Positions 27,244 to 35,648 of a stretch of 40,305 nt of DNA are shown in pieces. The position numbers were made by a program, and so were the translations under genes. How positions within the stretch are numbered: the stretch's first letter is position 1; every line of letters begins with the position of its first letter. Origin of the DNA: a virus. The notes under the pieces are model-generated. The model was not told the origin of the DNA. It was given only the letters and a program-made list of their open reading frames with translations, and made no database searches. The stretch lies in IMG/VR virus record IMGVR_UViG_3300045988_079557. One strand, 5' to 3'.

Positions 27244-27921
27244 TTATCCCTCCTCAGTTCCCCATTGTTCAGCCATTGCTTGTGCTATGCCTGGAAATGT
27301 TTTGGATTTTGTCTTGCTGTCACGAAATGGCATTCCGCAGTTTGTGCGTGCAGTGCCGTCCGACTTTTTGCTACCGCCTGACACCCATGAACATATGGGC
27401 GTAACAATATTTGTCGGTGTCAATTTAGGCAGATTTTTCAGCCACAAACACGTTTTCTTGCTGTATGGGTGTCCATATTCATACGGTTGTATAGTCTGCG
27501 TATATTTCGGCAGCCGATATACTCCAGACGGGATTGGATTTTCAACAGCTATTCTTTCAACAGGGGCATGAAAAAATTTCAGGAAAAATTCTTTTGCGTC
27601 TTGCCCTTTATTGAATCTTTCAAGGTCAACATAACTTTTTCCATTCATTTTTTTGTACAGACGTGCTGCCCCTGCGTTGCTAAGATATGTACACGGCGGA
27701 TGAGCTATCAGCAAATCCCATTTGTCTACTGTATGCGTCTGCCCGTCACAAGTAGTAAAATCTGCATTGCCGTTGATAACAGCCAGAGCGTCGCCTAAGA
27801 TATGCCACTCAGGGTGACCACCTGAACACATCTGAATGTCGCAGCTATATGCTTCGTGCCCTTTCGCACGAAATGCCTTGCAGACCTCTTGCGACTCTTC
27901 GCACGCTATTAATACCTTCAT
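27244..27921 (-). CDS. C5-cytosine DNA methyltransferase-like protein (atypical, no canonical FxGxG)
   Basis: The motif IV-like 'AHPPCTYLSNAG' and motif VI-like 'IAVENP' are present. The tail 'KSKTFPGIAQAMAEQW' is also typical. The N-terminus 'VLIACEESQ' replaces the SAM motif. The start is the ATG after GAGGAGGG. Confidence 0.55.
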   Translation of the reverse strand: MKVLIACEESQEVCKAFRAKGHEAYSCDIQMCSGGHPEWHILGDALAVINGNADFTTCDGQTHTVDKWDLLIAHPPCTYLSNAGAARLYKKMNGKSYVDLERFNKGQDAKEFFLKFFHAPVERIAVENPIPSGVYRLPKYTQTIQPYEYGHPYSKKTCLWLKNLPKLTPTNIVTPICSWVSGGSKKSDGTARTNCGMPFRDSKTKSKTFPGIAQAMAEQWGTEEG

Positions 27922-27958
27922 GTTATCCCTCCTCAAATTCAGGACATTCCGTCACAGT

Positions 27959-28321
27959 CTACGAATGTATCATACCGCCCTTTTGCGCCTTGTAAATTCT
28001 GTGCTGATGTGTTTTCCAGCCGTCAACAGGCTGTCTGTCTATCGACCAACTGCACCCTGCTATCTGTTCACCTGTCAGCTTGTCCCTCTTTGGCACTGCG
28101 TGTTTGCAGTACCAACATAGTGTTGTAGCAGCACTGCATTTCACAGCTTCTATCTTGTCCTTGAATTCTTCGCAGACAGAGTGCTGATAACCGACTATCC
28201 TCGGGCGAAATCCCTGTCTCACGCCATACCTGCATAGCCCGTATTTTCCGTTCTTTCTGCCGCAGTTGTCAGGCGATTTCTCAAAATATTTACAGCTGGT
28301 GCAGAATTTGTTGTTACCCAT
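27959..28321 (-). CDS. Cys-rich hypothetical protein
   Basis: 'CTSCKYF...C', 'CWYCKH'. I trimmed the start to MGNNKF, just downstream of the upstream TGA stop. Confidence 0.5.
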   Translation of the reverse strand: MGNNKFCTSCKYFEKSPDNCGRKNGKYGLCRYGVRQGFRPRIVGYQHSVCEEFKDKIEAVKCSAATTLCWYCKHAVPKRDKLTGEQIAGCSWSIDRQPVDGWKTHQHRIYKAQKGGMIHS

Positions 28322-28322
28322 G

Positions 28323-28700
28323 TCATTCGTCCTCCTCATACGGACCTAGCCCCGACAGCACATCGAACATATGCTTGATAAACTCTATCAGTTCTTCACG
28401 GCTCTTCTTTTCAAATTTCGCATAGGGTCTGATGAATTTTTCCATTTCACGCATAACACGCACGCTGTCATTGAATGCCGCTATCACGTTCTCGTTAGGT
28501 TCGCTCTGCTTTATCTGCTTGTCTAGTTTCTGTGTCAATGCACTTTTGGCTTTCGCTGCCTGCTCTGCAGGAATGTTGTTCAGCGTAGCGGTTTTGTATA
28601 GATAGTACATAGCCAGCCAGTATATTTCATCAAAGATGTTGCTATCGTTCGGCAACTCTTCACCACGATATGCCAACTTGTCGATTTCTGACCTTTCCAT
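28323..28700 (-). CDS. Hypothetical protein
   Basis: ORF track. I moved the start to the ATG (MERSEIDKL), 8 nt after AAGGAG. Confidence 0.5.
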   Translation of the reverse strand: MERSEIDKLAYRGEELPNDSNIFDEIYWLAMYYLYKTATLNNIPAEQAAKAKSALTQKLDKQIKQSEPNENVIAAFNDSVRVMREMEKFIRPYAKFEKKSREELIEFIKHMFDVLSGLGPYEEDE

Positions 28701-28724
28701 GTTTTTCACTCCTTTTTTTTGATT

Positions 28725-30563
28725 TTAAAATGGCGGTAAATCTTCGCCTTCGGCCGTGTCAACATCTTTGAAACACCCGTAGATTTTGCCCCATTCTGCA
28801 TTGTTACAGCCGATACGTTTACAAATCTGGCTGTAGGCGACCTTGATGTTGTCTGCCACGTTGCCTGTCAATCGGTTTTTTACAATGGCGATTTTGCTTT
28901 GAAAATCGTCCTTGTCGTCGTCGTTATTTTTGCTATATGTTAAAACCAAATCAACCCTATTTGTGATATCACCCGAACCGCTGACACTATCTGCATTCAG
29001 TTCAATGCCGTCTGCGGTTTTGCGTGGGTGCGCTATCAGTATGATAGCTACGTTATATTTGACCGCTATGTATTTCACGGCGTTTACAAAATCGGACTGT
29101 GCCCGATACAGTTCTTTGCTGAGATCAACGTCCAGTGCCGTCATGAGATTGTCAATCAGTATCAGTTTGACGTTAAATCTGCGGATAGCCGTTTCAATCG
29201 TACCCAGCAATGATATCTTGCCGTCACGTTTCGCATTATCGCCGTCAAGCTTGATTTCAGCCGTCACAGCCGTGTTGTCAAAAATGTATGCCCTATCATC
29301 ATACCAGCGGTTGATTTTATCGACCACATCATCAGGAATGTCATAGGTCTCGTCACCATATTCGTTGACCGAACGTATAACATTTTGTTTTCCTGCAATC
29401 TGCAAATCTAGCCAGCGTTTGAAATGATAGTCAGGCAATTCACCCGAATAAACGAAAATCGAATACGGATTGCCGTCTAGGTCTGATTGGTCTAGTGCAT
29501 TTGCGATTATTTGTGACGCTAACGTTGATTTACCCTCGCCACGCTTGCCCGTGATAACCACTACCTGCCCCATATAGATACCGCCGATATATCGGTCAAC
29601 ATCGTATATGCCTGTTTTGATATGCTCCTGCTTATCCAGATTGACCGCTTTGACCTGCGACAGTTTTTTGACAGCCGTGACAGGTATTTCTTCGGCATTG
29701 TTCACGGCATCGCATATCGCTTTACAGCCGTATTTCTGCAGGATTGCGTTTGCGTCCTTTTCACCCAAATAATCTTGTGCCCTGACAACTTTCAATTTTT
29801 TGTGTGGAAATGATGTTGTAAATTGGTCAACCAGTGTTATGTGTCCGTGTTCATGATCTCCGAAAATTACAATTTCGTCGAAGCTGTCCACAAAATCATA
29901 ACAGAACGGCACCCAGGTCTTGTTGCTCTGACCGCCTGGCACTGATACTGCATTATCTATCTGACAATCTGCCACCGACAGACTATCTATCTGCCCCTCC
30001 GTGACTATCAGCCTATCATGCTTTTCTGTACATCGGTTCATGCCGAACAGTATCGGTTTTGTGTTCTTTTCAAACCACTCTTTTTGATTGTCTCTGCCTT
30101 TGACAAAATCTGTCTTGCGATACTTGACTGACGTCAGCACGTTGTTTTCATCAAAAAACGGAAACATCAGCAGATTGTCACGCTTATTGCCAACAGTGAT
30201 GTTGTATTTTCGTGTGGTGATTTCCGAAATTCCCCTTGACCGCAGGTATTCAACCGCCTTATCACGGGTGACTATCTTCACTGGTGGTAATGTGCGGTAT
30301 TTCTTTTTCTGTTCATCGTCAAATTCCAATGGATAGTTGAAATCTCTTGCAAGCTGTACGAAATGACCTGTCATGCCACAACTGCTACGAAAACACTTGA
30401 ATGCTCCCGTGTCAAGATTTACAGAAAATGTATCTTTGTCATGACCGCCCCCATTGCAGTACGGACAGTATTTGAAATACAGTTCACGCCCCTTGCGGTG
30501 CGTTTCTGCATTCAGTGCCACAGCCAGACCAACCACATCATCATCACGCATTGTATATCCCAT
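28725..30563 (-). CDS. Bifunctional primase-helicase (zinc finger, Toprim and DnaB/RecA-like ATPase)
   Basis: Zinc finger 'CPYCNGGGHDKDTFSVNLDTGAFKCFRSSC'. Toprim 'LIVTEGQIDSLSV ... IFGDHEHGH'. Walker A 'ITGKRGEGKST'. Confidence 0.85.
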   Translation of the reverse strand: MGYTMRDDDVVGLAVALNAETHRKGRELYFKYCPYCNGGGHDKDTFSVNLDTGAFKCFRSSCGMTGHFVQLARDFNYPLEFDDEQKKKYRTLPPVKIVTRDKAVEYLRSRGISEITTRKYNITVGNKRDNLLMFPFFDENNVLTSVKYRKTDFVKGRDNQKEWFEKNTKPILFGMNRCTEKHDRLIVTEGQIDSLSVADCQIDNAVSVPGGQSNKTWVPFCYDFVDSFDEIVIFGDHEHGHITLVDQFTTSFPHKKLKVVRAQDYLGEKDANAILQKYGCKAICDAVNNAEEIPVTAVKKLSQVKAVNLDKQEHIKTGIYDVDRYIGGIYMGQVVVITGKRGEGKSTLASQIIANALDQSDLDGNPYSIFVYSGELPDYHFKRWLDLQIAGKQNVIRSVNEYGDETYDIPDDVVDKINRWYDDRAYIFDNTAVTAEIKLDGDNAKRDGKISLLGTIETAIRRFNVKLILIDNLMTALDVDLSKELYRAQSDFVNAVKYIAVKYNVAIILIAHPRKTADGIELNADSVSGSGDITNRVDLVLTYSKNNDDDKDDFQSKIAIVKNRLTGNVADNIKVAYSQICKRIGCNNAEWGKIYGCFKDVDTAEGEDLPPF

Positions 30564-30578
30564 GTTTTTTCACCTCGT

Positions 30579-31064
30579 TCAAAAATCTGTCCTGCCTGGA
30601 TTGTCCGTCCGCCTGCCGTTTGTGTGCGCTGCGGGAGCAGCATATATTTCTTTATCTTTGTTATACTTTGTTGCTTTCTTTTCATTGGTGCCCTTAGCCT
30701 GCCCCTTGCCTGCCCTTAGCCTGCCCTTAGCCTGCCCGACACTCTGCCGCTTGTCTTGATACTTGTCATAGCAAACCACGGTATAAACGCTATATCGTGG
30801 ATATTTTGAGACTGCCACTTCCCCTGTCTCAATTAGATGTTTTATTGCTGTCCTTACGCTTTTTACTGACAAACCCGTGTTTTTGGCAATGCTTGGATAA
30901 CTTGTAGCTATCTGTCCACGCTGAATTGTGATGTTTTCAAAATCATGCGGTTCATAATTTGCCTGCAAAATCAGATATAAAAACACTACCAATGTGTTTG
31001 GTTCACGAAACCAACGCCATGTGCATATTTTTCGTTCTAGTGTTATAAAACCATTTTCCAGCAT
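30579..31064 (-). CDS. Putative replisome organizer / winged-helix replication initiator-like protein
   Basis: 161 aa. 'IATSYPSIAKNTGLSVKSVRTAIKHLIETGEV' looks like a wHTH. It lies directly upstream of the primase-helicase and contains tandem iterons. Confidence 0.5.
   Translation of the reverse strand: MLENGFITLERKICTWRWFREPNTLVVFLYLILQANYEPHDFENITIQRGQIATSYPSIAKNTGLSVKSVRTAIKHLIETGEVAVSKYPRYSVYTVVCYDKYQDKRQSVGQAKGRLRAGKGQAKGTNEKKATKYNKDKEIYAAPAAHTNGRRTDNPGRTDF
30690..30733. repeat. Four tandem 11-bp iterons (gcccttagcct / gccccttgcct) next to an AT-rich stretch; candidate ori
   Basis: The units are 30690-30700, 30701-30711, 30712-30722 and 30723-30733. The flanking AT-rich sequence is 'catatatttctttatctttgttatactttgttgctttcttttc' (30650-30690). 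Confidence 0.6.
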
Positions 31065-31589
31065 TTAATCACCGTCCAATTTCTGAAGATAATCTCGCAA
31101 GGCGTAGTATAGTATCGCCTTTATCAGTGTGCCACTCTCTTGCTTTCTGCACGCTATGATCGTGATGTTATATCGTGCCTGCCACGAACAGAACGTTGCC
31201 AGCAGTGCCTTTGGTGGCATTTTACTGCGGTAATTGTGTAGCAGGATATTTTCCCACAGTCTATCATCTTCGACCAGCAAAAAAACCTTTGCATGGTCTT
31301 CAACCGACCGCTTGAATTCACGGTCAAAACGCTCTCGCCCTTTCGTGAAATTACCCACGATTTCGTCCAAATTCGCCTTACGTTCAATGACAACGCTCTG
31401 AGCAAGGCTCACAGGCTCACTGTTAGGCTTCACGGCTTCGCACGTATAATCGCCATAGTTTAGCTTGTGTTGCGTATATGGCGTTTCTGTAGCTTTCAGA
31501 GCCTTTTCGATATGCCCCCACTTTTGTTCCCGGCTATCAACGATAACCGAGAACGTTTTTAGGGTAGCGTCAATGTCTATCGGGTGCAT
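31065..31589 (-). CDS. ERCC4-type (XPF/Mus81-like) nuclease
   Basis: 'VDSRE', 'GDY' and 'ERKANLDEIVGN' match the ERCC4 signature GDx(n)ERKx3D. Confidence 0.7.
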   Translation of the reverse strand: MHPIDIDATLKTFSVIVDSREQKWGHIEKALKATETPYTQHKLNYGDYTCEAVKPNSEPVSLAQSVVIERKANLDEIVGNFTKGRERFDREFKRSVEDHAKVFLLVEDDRLWENILLHNYRSKMPPKALLATFCSWQARYNITIIACRKQESGTLIKAILYYALRDYLQKLDGD

Positions 31590-32215
31590 CAGAATGGCAC
31601 TGTGTCATTGCCTGCATTGATTTCAACGAAATCTGACAGATTAGCGTTTGGGTCAAAACTGTCATTGCTGGCTGTTGACGGCTTGTTTTTCAGCTCTTCA
31701 CGTTTCGGAATTGTGAAATTACCACTGCGGATATCGTTGACAGGTACGAAGCGCTTGCACTGTGTAAACCAGCCTGTATTGCCGTTCATTTCCCACTCCT
31801 TTTCGTTGAAAAGAGCGCCCACAAGCTTGCCTTTCAGGACGTTTTCATCCCAATCTCTTTCACAGTCGATATGTAGATTAGCATTTGAATTTTCAAACGC
31901 CTGTATCTGGGATTTGAAGTAGCCCAGCGACTTCTTGAACTTGGTCTCATCGCCTGTGTTATGCGGTATGCTCAGGCGCATTGAACCCTTCCACTTTTTG
32001 TTCTCCCACTCGTCAGGGGTTGCCTTATACAGCTTGTCAAAAAAGCCCTTGAATTCGCCCTCTGCGATGTCAAACTGGATTGCCAGCCTGCTTCCCCAGT
32101 CAGTGGGTTCAACCTTGACATTGAGAATTTTTACTACATATCCGCCTGGTTGGAGCTTTGGAAGCTCTGAAAAACTTGTTGCCTCTGCCTGCTTATATCC
32201 TGTAATTCCGATCAT
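31589..32215 (-). CDS. DUF669-like protein (putative ssDNA-binding partner of Sak4)
   Basis: 208 aa, immediately downstream of the Sak4-like ATPase. The N-terminus 'LPKLQPGGYVVKILNVKVE' is typical of the family. Confidence 0.55.
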   Translation of the reverse strand: MIGITGYKQAEATSFSELPKLQPGGYVVKILNVKVEPTDWGSRLAIQFDIAEGEFKGFFDKLYKATPDEWENKKWKGSMRLSIPHNTGDETKFKKSLGYFKSQIQAFENSNANLHIDCERDWDENVLKGKLVGALFNEKEWEMNGNTGWFTQCKRFVPVNDIRSGNFTIPKREELKNKPSTASNDSFDPNANLSDFVEINAGNDTVPF

Positions 32216-32884
32216 TTACTTTTCCTCGCTTTCTATATTGTTTGGAGTTAAATTCCAATACTCTCTGATTTTGGTGTCTACAAATTTCAAATCGTTTTCG
32301 ATTTCATCATCGAACATGTCTTCAGGTGACTTCGCAGTAGAAATGCCTCTCGACTGCGTGATGAAATAGTGGTGGTTCTCATCGGCTGTGCAAAACAGCA
32401 CGATTGAAAACAACCCTTCAACCGTCAACTGATTATCCAGCATCTTGCCGATAGTTTTTGCTTTGTATTTGCCGCCGTCGGTCAGTTCGACGTGGTGCAA
32501 GAAGTACACAATAACATCTGGCGGCAGGTCATTTATAACAAATTCTATCAGCCGTTCAAAACTGACCGCCATATCAGTGAATTTTCCGTACCCTAGTTCT
32601 TTTGCCTTGTCGAAACTATCGAACGCCATGAGATACTGACTATCATCAATAGCAAATGCCTTTGACTTTGATTGAAACATAGCCGCCTTGATAACATCAT
32701 AACGGCTCTTGCCTTTGTTGGCTTTTACAAGTTTTGCCACCGAAAGTGTCGCAAGACCATTGTTCTTGAACGGCAACGGCTTGCCAGCGACGTTAAAAAT
32801 GCTTATCTCGCCTGGCTTGAAATTCTTGAGGGAACGGCTCTTGCCGCTGCCACTTTCACCCTCGATTAGAACTGGTAGTCCCAT
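32216..32884 (-). CDS. Sak4-like AAA/RecA-type ATPase (AAA_24)
   Basis: Walker A 'IEGESGSGKSRS' at the N-terminus. About 220 aa, in a phage recombination context. Confidence 0.7.
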   Translation of the reverse strand: MGLPVLIEGESGSGKSRSLKNFKPGEISIFNVAGKPLPFKNNGLATLSVAKLVKANKGKSRYDVIKAAMFQSKSKAFAIDDSQYLMAFDSFDKAKELGYGKFTDMAVSFERLIEFVINDLPPDVIVYFLHHVELTDGGKYKAKTIGKMLDNQLTVEGLFSIVLFCTADENHHYFITQSRGISTAKSPEDMFDDEIENDLKFVDTKIREYWNLTPNNIESEEK

Positions 32885-32887
32885 GTT

Positions 32888-33112
32888 TCATTCCTCCTCT
32901 TTGATTTCTAGCGGGCACTGAGCGCCCACAAACGTGTCTGGTAAAAATACGATTTCGTCGGTCAGATTGCACCGTCCAGAACGGCGGCTGAAAAATCTGC
33001 AATACTTGCAGGCGGCGTATGTAACACCTTTGTTGTCAACAGGGAATGCGGTTTCAACTACCGCATAGCCCCTGACATATTTCTGAACGCCGTTGTCAAA
33101 ACTAGCACTCAT
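32888..33112 (-). CDS. Small Cys-containing hypothetical protein
   Basis: ORF track: 'CKYCRFF...C...C'. Confidence 0.45.
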   Translation of the reverse strand: MSASFDNGVQKYVRGYAVVETAFPVDNKGVTYAACKYCRFFSRRSGRCNLTDEIVFLPDTFVGAQCPLEIKEEE

Positions 33113-33384
33113 AGCAGGTTCAAATCCTCCTCTTCATATTCAGCCCCTGCCAGTTCGGCAAGGTCATAGATTGAAATATCGTCGTTCTGGTTGATTTCTT
33201 CAATCAGGATTTCACGGAAACAGTCCTTGCAGTAGTCCTTGCCCTGGTAGCAGAAAACATTTTCATTCGCAAGGTCTAACTGTTCTCTGCATTTGTCGCA
33301 TTCGACCACAGTGTAGTTGCGGTCTCTGCCACAACATCTGCACCCGTCAGGGCAGCCGACGCAATCATTAGCCGTGTAACGCAT
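33109..33384 (-). CDS. Small Cys-rich (zinc-ribbon-like) hypothetical protein
   Basis: 'CVGCPDGCRCC ... CDKC ... CKDC'. Confidence 0.5.
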   Translation of the reverse strand: MRYTANDCVGCPDGCRCCGRDRNYTVVECDKCREQLDLANENVFCYQGKDYCKDCFREILIEEINQNDDISIYDLAELAGAEYEEEDLNLL

Positions 33385-33662
33385 TAAACCGCCCCCTTAT
33401 AGCTGAAAAATGCGATATTTCTGTACATGAAATACGATTCAGTTCCGTTTTCCAACACCTCAGCACCGACCTCTTTCGCTACGGCATGAATGTCAGGCGG
33501 AAATATCTGAACACCCAATATTGCTCCGTCAAACGTCCACACGTCGCCTATTATCATAGGGTAAACGCCTTCGGTAACAGTACCATACTCTTGCGTTTTT
33601 TTCATTTTTAGTTCCATTAACGCCATGCCAACCATAGCGTCAAGCCTTTCTTTTACTGTCAT
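33384..33662 (-). CDS. Hypothetical protein
   Basis: ORF track. Confidence 0.5.
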   Translation of the reverse strand: MTVKERLDAMVGMALMELKMKKTQEYGTVTEGVYPMIIGDVWTFDGAILGVQIFPPDIHAVAKEVGAEVLENGTESYFMYRNIAFFSYKGAV

Positions 33663-33778
33663 GTTTTCGACCTCTCCTTTCCAATATCGCTGGTTCTGCT
33701 AGCTGAAAGTATCTGCATGGATAAAGCCTGCTACTTTCCCAGCAGCTTTTTAAGTGCTTGCAGTCAAGGCATGAGTAG

Positions 33779-34078
33779 TTAGTCACTTTGCTCACCTGCT
33801 AGCTTTGTGAGTTGTTTCAACGCCTGATAGCTCTTGCCGACGTTATACGCCTTGAGCTGGTCAGCTGTGAACATTTGGCTGATGTAGTAATCAAAATCGC
33901 TCAGAGTTTCTTGCTCACTGTTAAAATTTACGACACTAGCTATGTAGGTGGCGAAAAGTTTCGCACGACTTTCCTGCCCAGAGAGGCAGTCTGGTGGGCA
34001 ATCGTCTATGCCTGTTCTAACTCCTGTGCAAAATTTTGCTACTCTTACGATTTCCTCGTCCGTGAATTTCTCATCCAT
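33779..34078 (-). CDS. Hypothetical protein
   Basis: ORF track 33779..34087 opens with GTG. I prefer the ATG at 34078 (MDEKF). Confidence 0.5.
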   Translation of the reverse strand: MDEKFTDEEIVRVAKFCTGVRTGIDDCPPDCLSGQESRAKLFATYIASVVNFNSEQETLSDFDYYISQMFTADQLKAYNVGKSYQALKQLTKLAGEQSD

Positions 34079-34481
34079 TGTTGTCACCGCCGTTTCCTAT
34101 CCTCGTAAGCTCCTCTTTCACCTCAAGCATTGCCCGATATGACTGTCCCATGTCAAAGGCTTTCTGTTCTTCATCTTCCATACGTTCGTAAATGTCCAGT
34201 ATCAGCTCGCAAGCCTTGTAAGCCTTTTGAGCTTCTTGACAAATCTGCGTTTTTACGCTATCATCAATGTGTATGTTATCGGTATCTTTTGATACCTCCG
34301 AGCTTGTGCCTGTTGCCGCAGGTGCAGGCTCATTTTCTTTGAGGTAATGCATAACAGCTTTGTTGATCTCTGACTCTGCGCTGCATGCCCATTCCCCTTG
34401 CTCGTCAAATGGACATCCTTCACAGTTATGCGTCATGTAGCAGCATTCAAATGCCTTTATCGTTTCTCCTCTCGTCAGCAT
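34071..34481 (-). CDS. Hypothetical Cys-containing protein
   Basis: 'CCYMTHNCEGCPF'. I trimmed the start to MLTRGE. Confidence 0.5.
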   Translation of the reverse strand: MLTRGETIKAFECCYMTHNCEGCPFDEQGEWACSAESEINKAVMHYLKENEPAPAATGTSSEVSKDTDNIHIDDSVKTQICQEAQKAYKACELILDIYERMEDEEQKAFDMGQSYRAMLEVKEELTRIGNGGDNNG

Positions 34482-35077
34482 TCTTCTTCCTCCCATTCAA
34501 ATCGACCTTTGCCGCTGTTACGCCACTGACCGATACCTCTCAGCCTGCCGTAGTCCAGCCATTCTCTTACGGCTGTTTCCATATCGTCTTTCAGAATCTG
34601 GATTGTGAATTCAACTGTTGCTCCTGCAGGTACTGTCTCAGAATGTGCCAATGCAACACGTTCGCCTTGCGGTGTGCTTGCTCTGAGTGGCCTCTGACAC
34701 TCGCCCATGCCGCCCTTGAATTCGTATGGAATTTTTCGTTCCTCGACGAAGATAAGTCCGTCAATCTCTTTCTTGTACGCCTTGATTTTGGAACTTGCCG
34801 TGCCTGATACCTTTTTCAGAACGCCGCAAGCGTCCTTGAAGAAGCCCTTTACCTGGTAATCCCATAGAAATGGGGTACCGTCTTCCAGTGTCGGGAATAC
34901 CGTCATAGATTTTTCGACCACTTCCGCTACACCAAGTGCGGCTATCTCTTCCTCACGGCTCTTTGCGTCAGGGGCTTTCGATGCGATGTACTCATCGTGG
35001 ATTGTGGCTGTTGCGTTTGCCGTTCCCAAAATCTCTTCGGTGAACGTCAACTTTACTTTGATTTTTTTCATGCTCAT
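34475..35077 (-). CDS. Hypothetical 200-aa protein with a RAMP-like motif layout and a C-terminal glycine-rich loop
   Basis: RBS GGAGGT. The motifs in order are 'KIKVKLTFTEEILG', 'YQVKGFFKDA', 'GLIFVEE', 'SETVPAGATVEFTIQIL' and 'GIGQWRNSGKGRF' (GhGxxxxxGxG). The assignment is from memory of RAMP signatures only. Confidence 0.35.
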   Translation of the reverse strand: MSMKKIKVKLTFTEEILGTANATATIHDEYIASKAPDAKSREEEIAALGVAEVVEKSMTVFPTLEDGTPFLWDYQVKGFFKDACGVLKKVSGTASSKIKAYKKEIDGLIFVEERKIPYEFKGGMGECQRPLRASTPQGERVALAHSETVPAGATVEFTIQILKDDMETAVREWLDYGRLRGIGQWRNSGKGRFEWEEEEC

Positions 35078-35441
35078 GTCTTTTGACCTCCGTTAAACGT
35101 TAAATTTATTTTTTCTTGCTTTTCGACGCCATACTGTGCCGAACTACGCCTTTGCTAGTCACTGCAGTTCCTTTGCTAATCGCTGCTATGCCCTTGCGTC
35201 TCTATGCTTCTCAATGCCTTAGCTAATCAATGCCATTTCTTTGCATGGCACCGCCAATCTGCACCCTGCTATGCCTTTGCCTCTCGTTGCGTGTCAAAAC
35301 TTCGCCTCGCCTTTGCTTGTCGGAACTTAGCTTTGCCTTTGCTTATCTAAACGGTGCTGTGCATACCTAGCCCTAGCTATGCAAAACGTTGCCAGCCTTT
35401 GTATGGCCATGCCGTTGCTTAACAACCCTGAACCGTACTTT
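35078..35441. repeat. Non-coding block 1 of decayed ~21-bp tandem repeats (plus-strand unit ~GCCTTTGCTAATCRCTGCTAT)
   Basis: The motif cores gcctttgct, tcctttgct, gcccttgcg and gccttagct start at about 35148, 35169, 35190 and 35216. More degenerate copies extend to about 35420. No ORF of 60 aa or more exists in any frame. Confidence 0.75.
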
Positions 35442-35648
35442 TTAGAAATCATCTGAAGAAAAACGTTCCAGAAGCTTTTGATGATTGACATTATACAAAT
35501 CAGTCAAGCTAAGCATTGCAGACGTATAACGTTCGCGTAATTCATTCATATCATCAGTAACGCACATACGATTTATAGACCCTTCGAGCATATCAACGGA
35601 ATTCATAGTTTCCTTATGCTTTTGTGCCGTGTAAAATTTATTTTGCAT
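35442..35648 (-). CDS. Hypothetical 68-aa protein between the two repeat blocks
   Basis: ORF track. The RBS aaggggga lies 5 nt upstream. Confidence 0.55.
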   Translation of the reverse strand: MQNKFYTAQKHKETMNSVDMLEGSINRMCVTDDMNELRERYTSAMLSLTDLYNVNHQKLLERFSSDDF

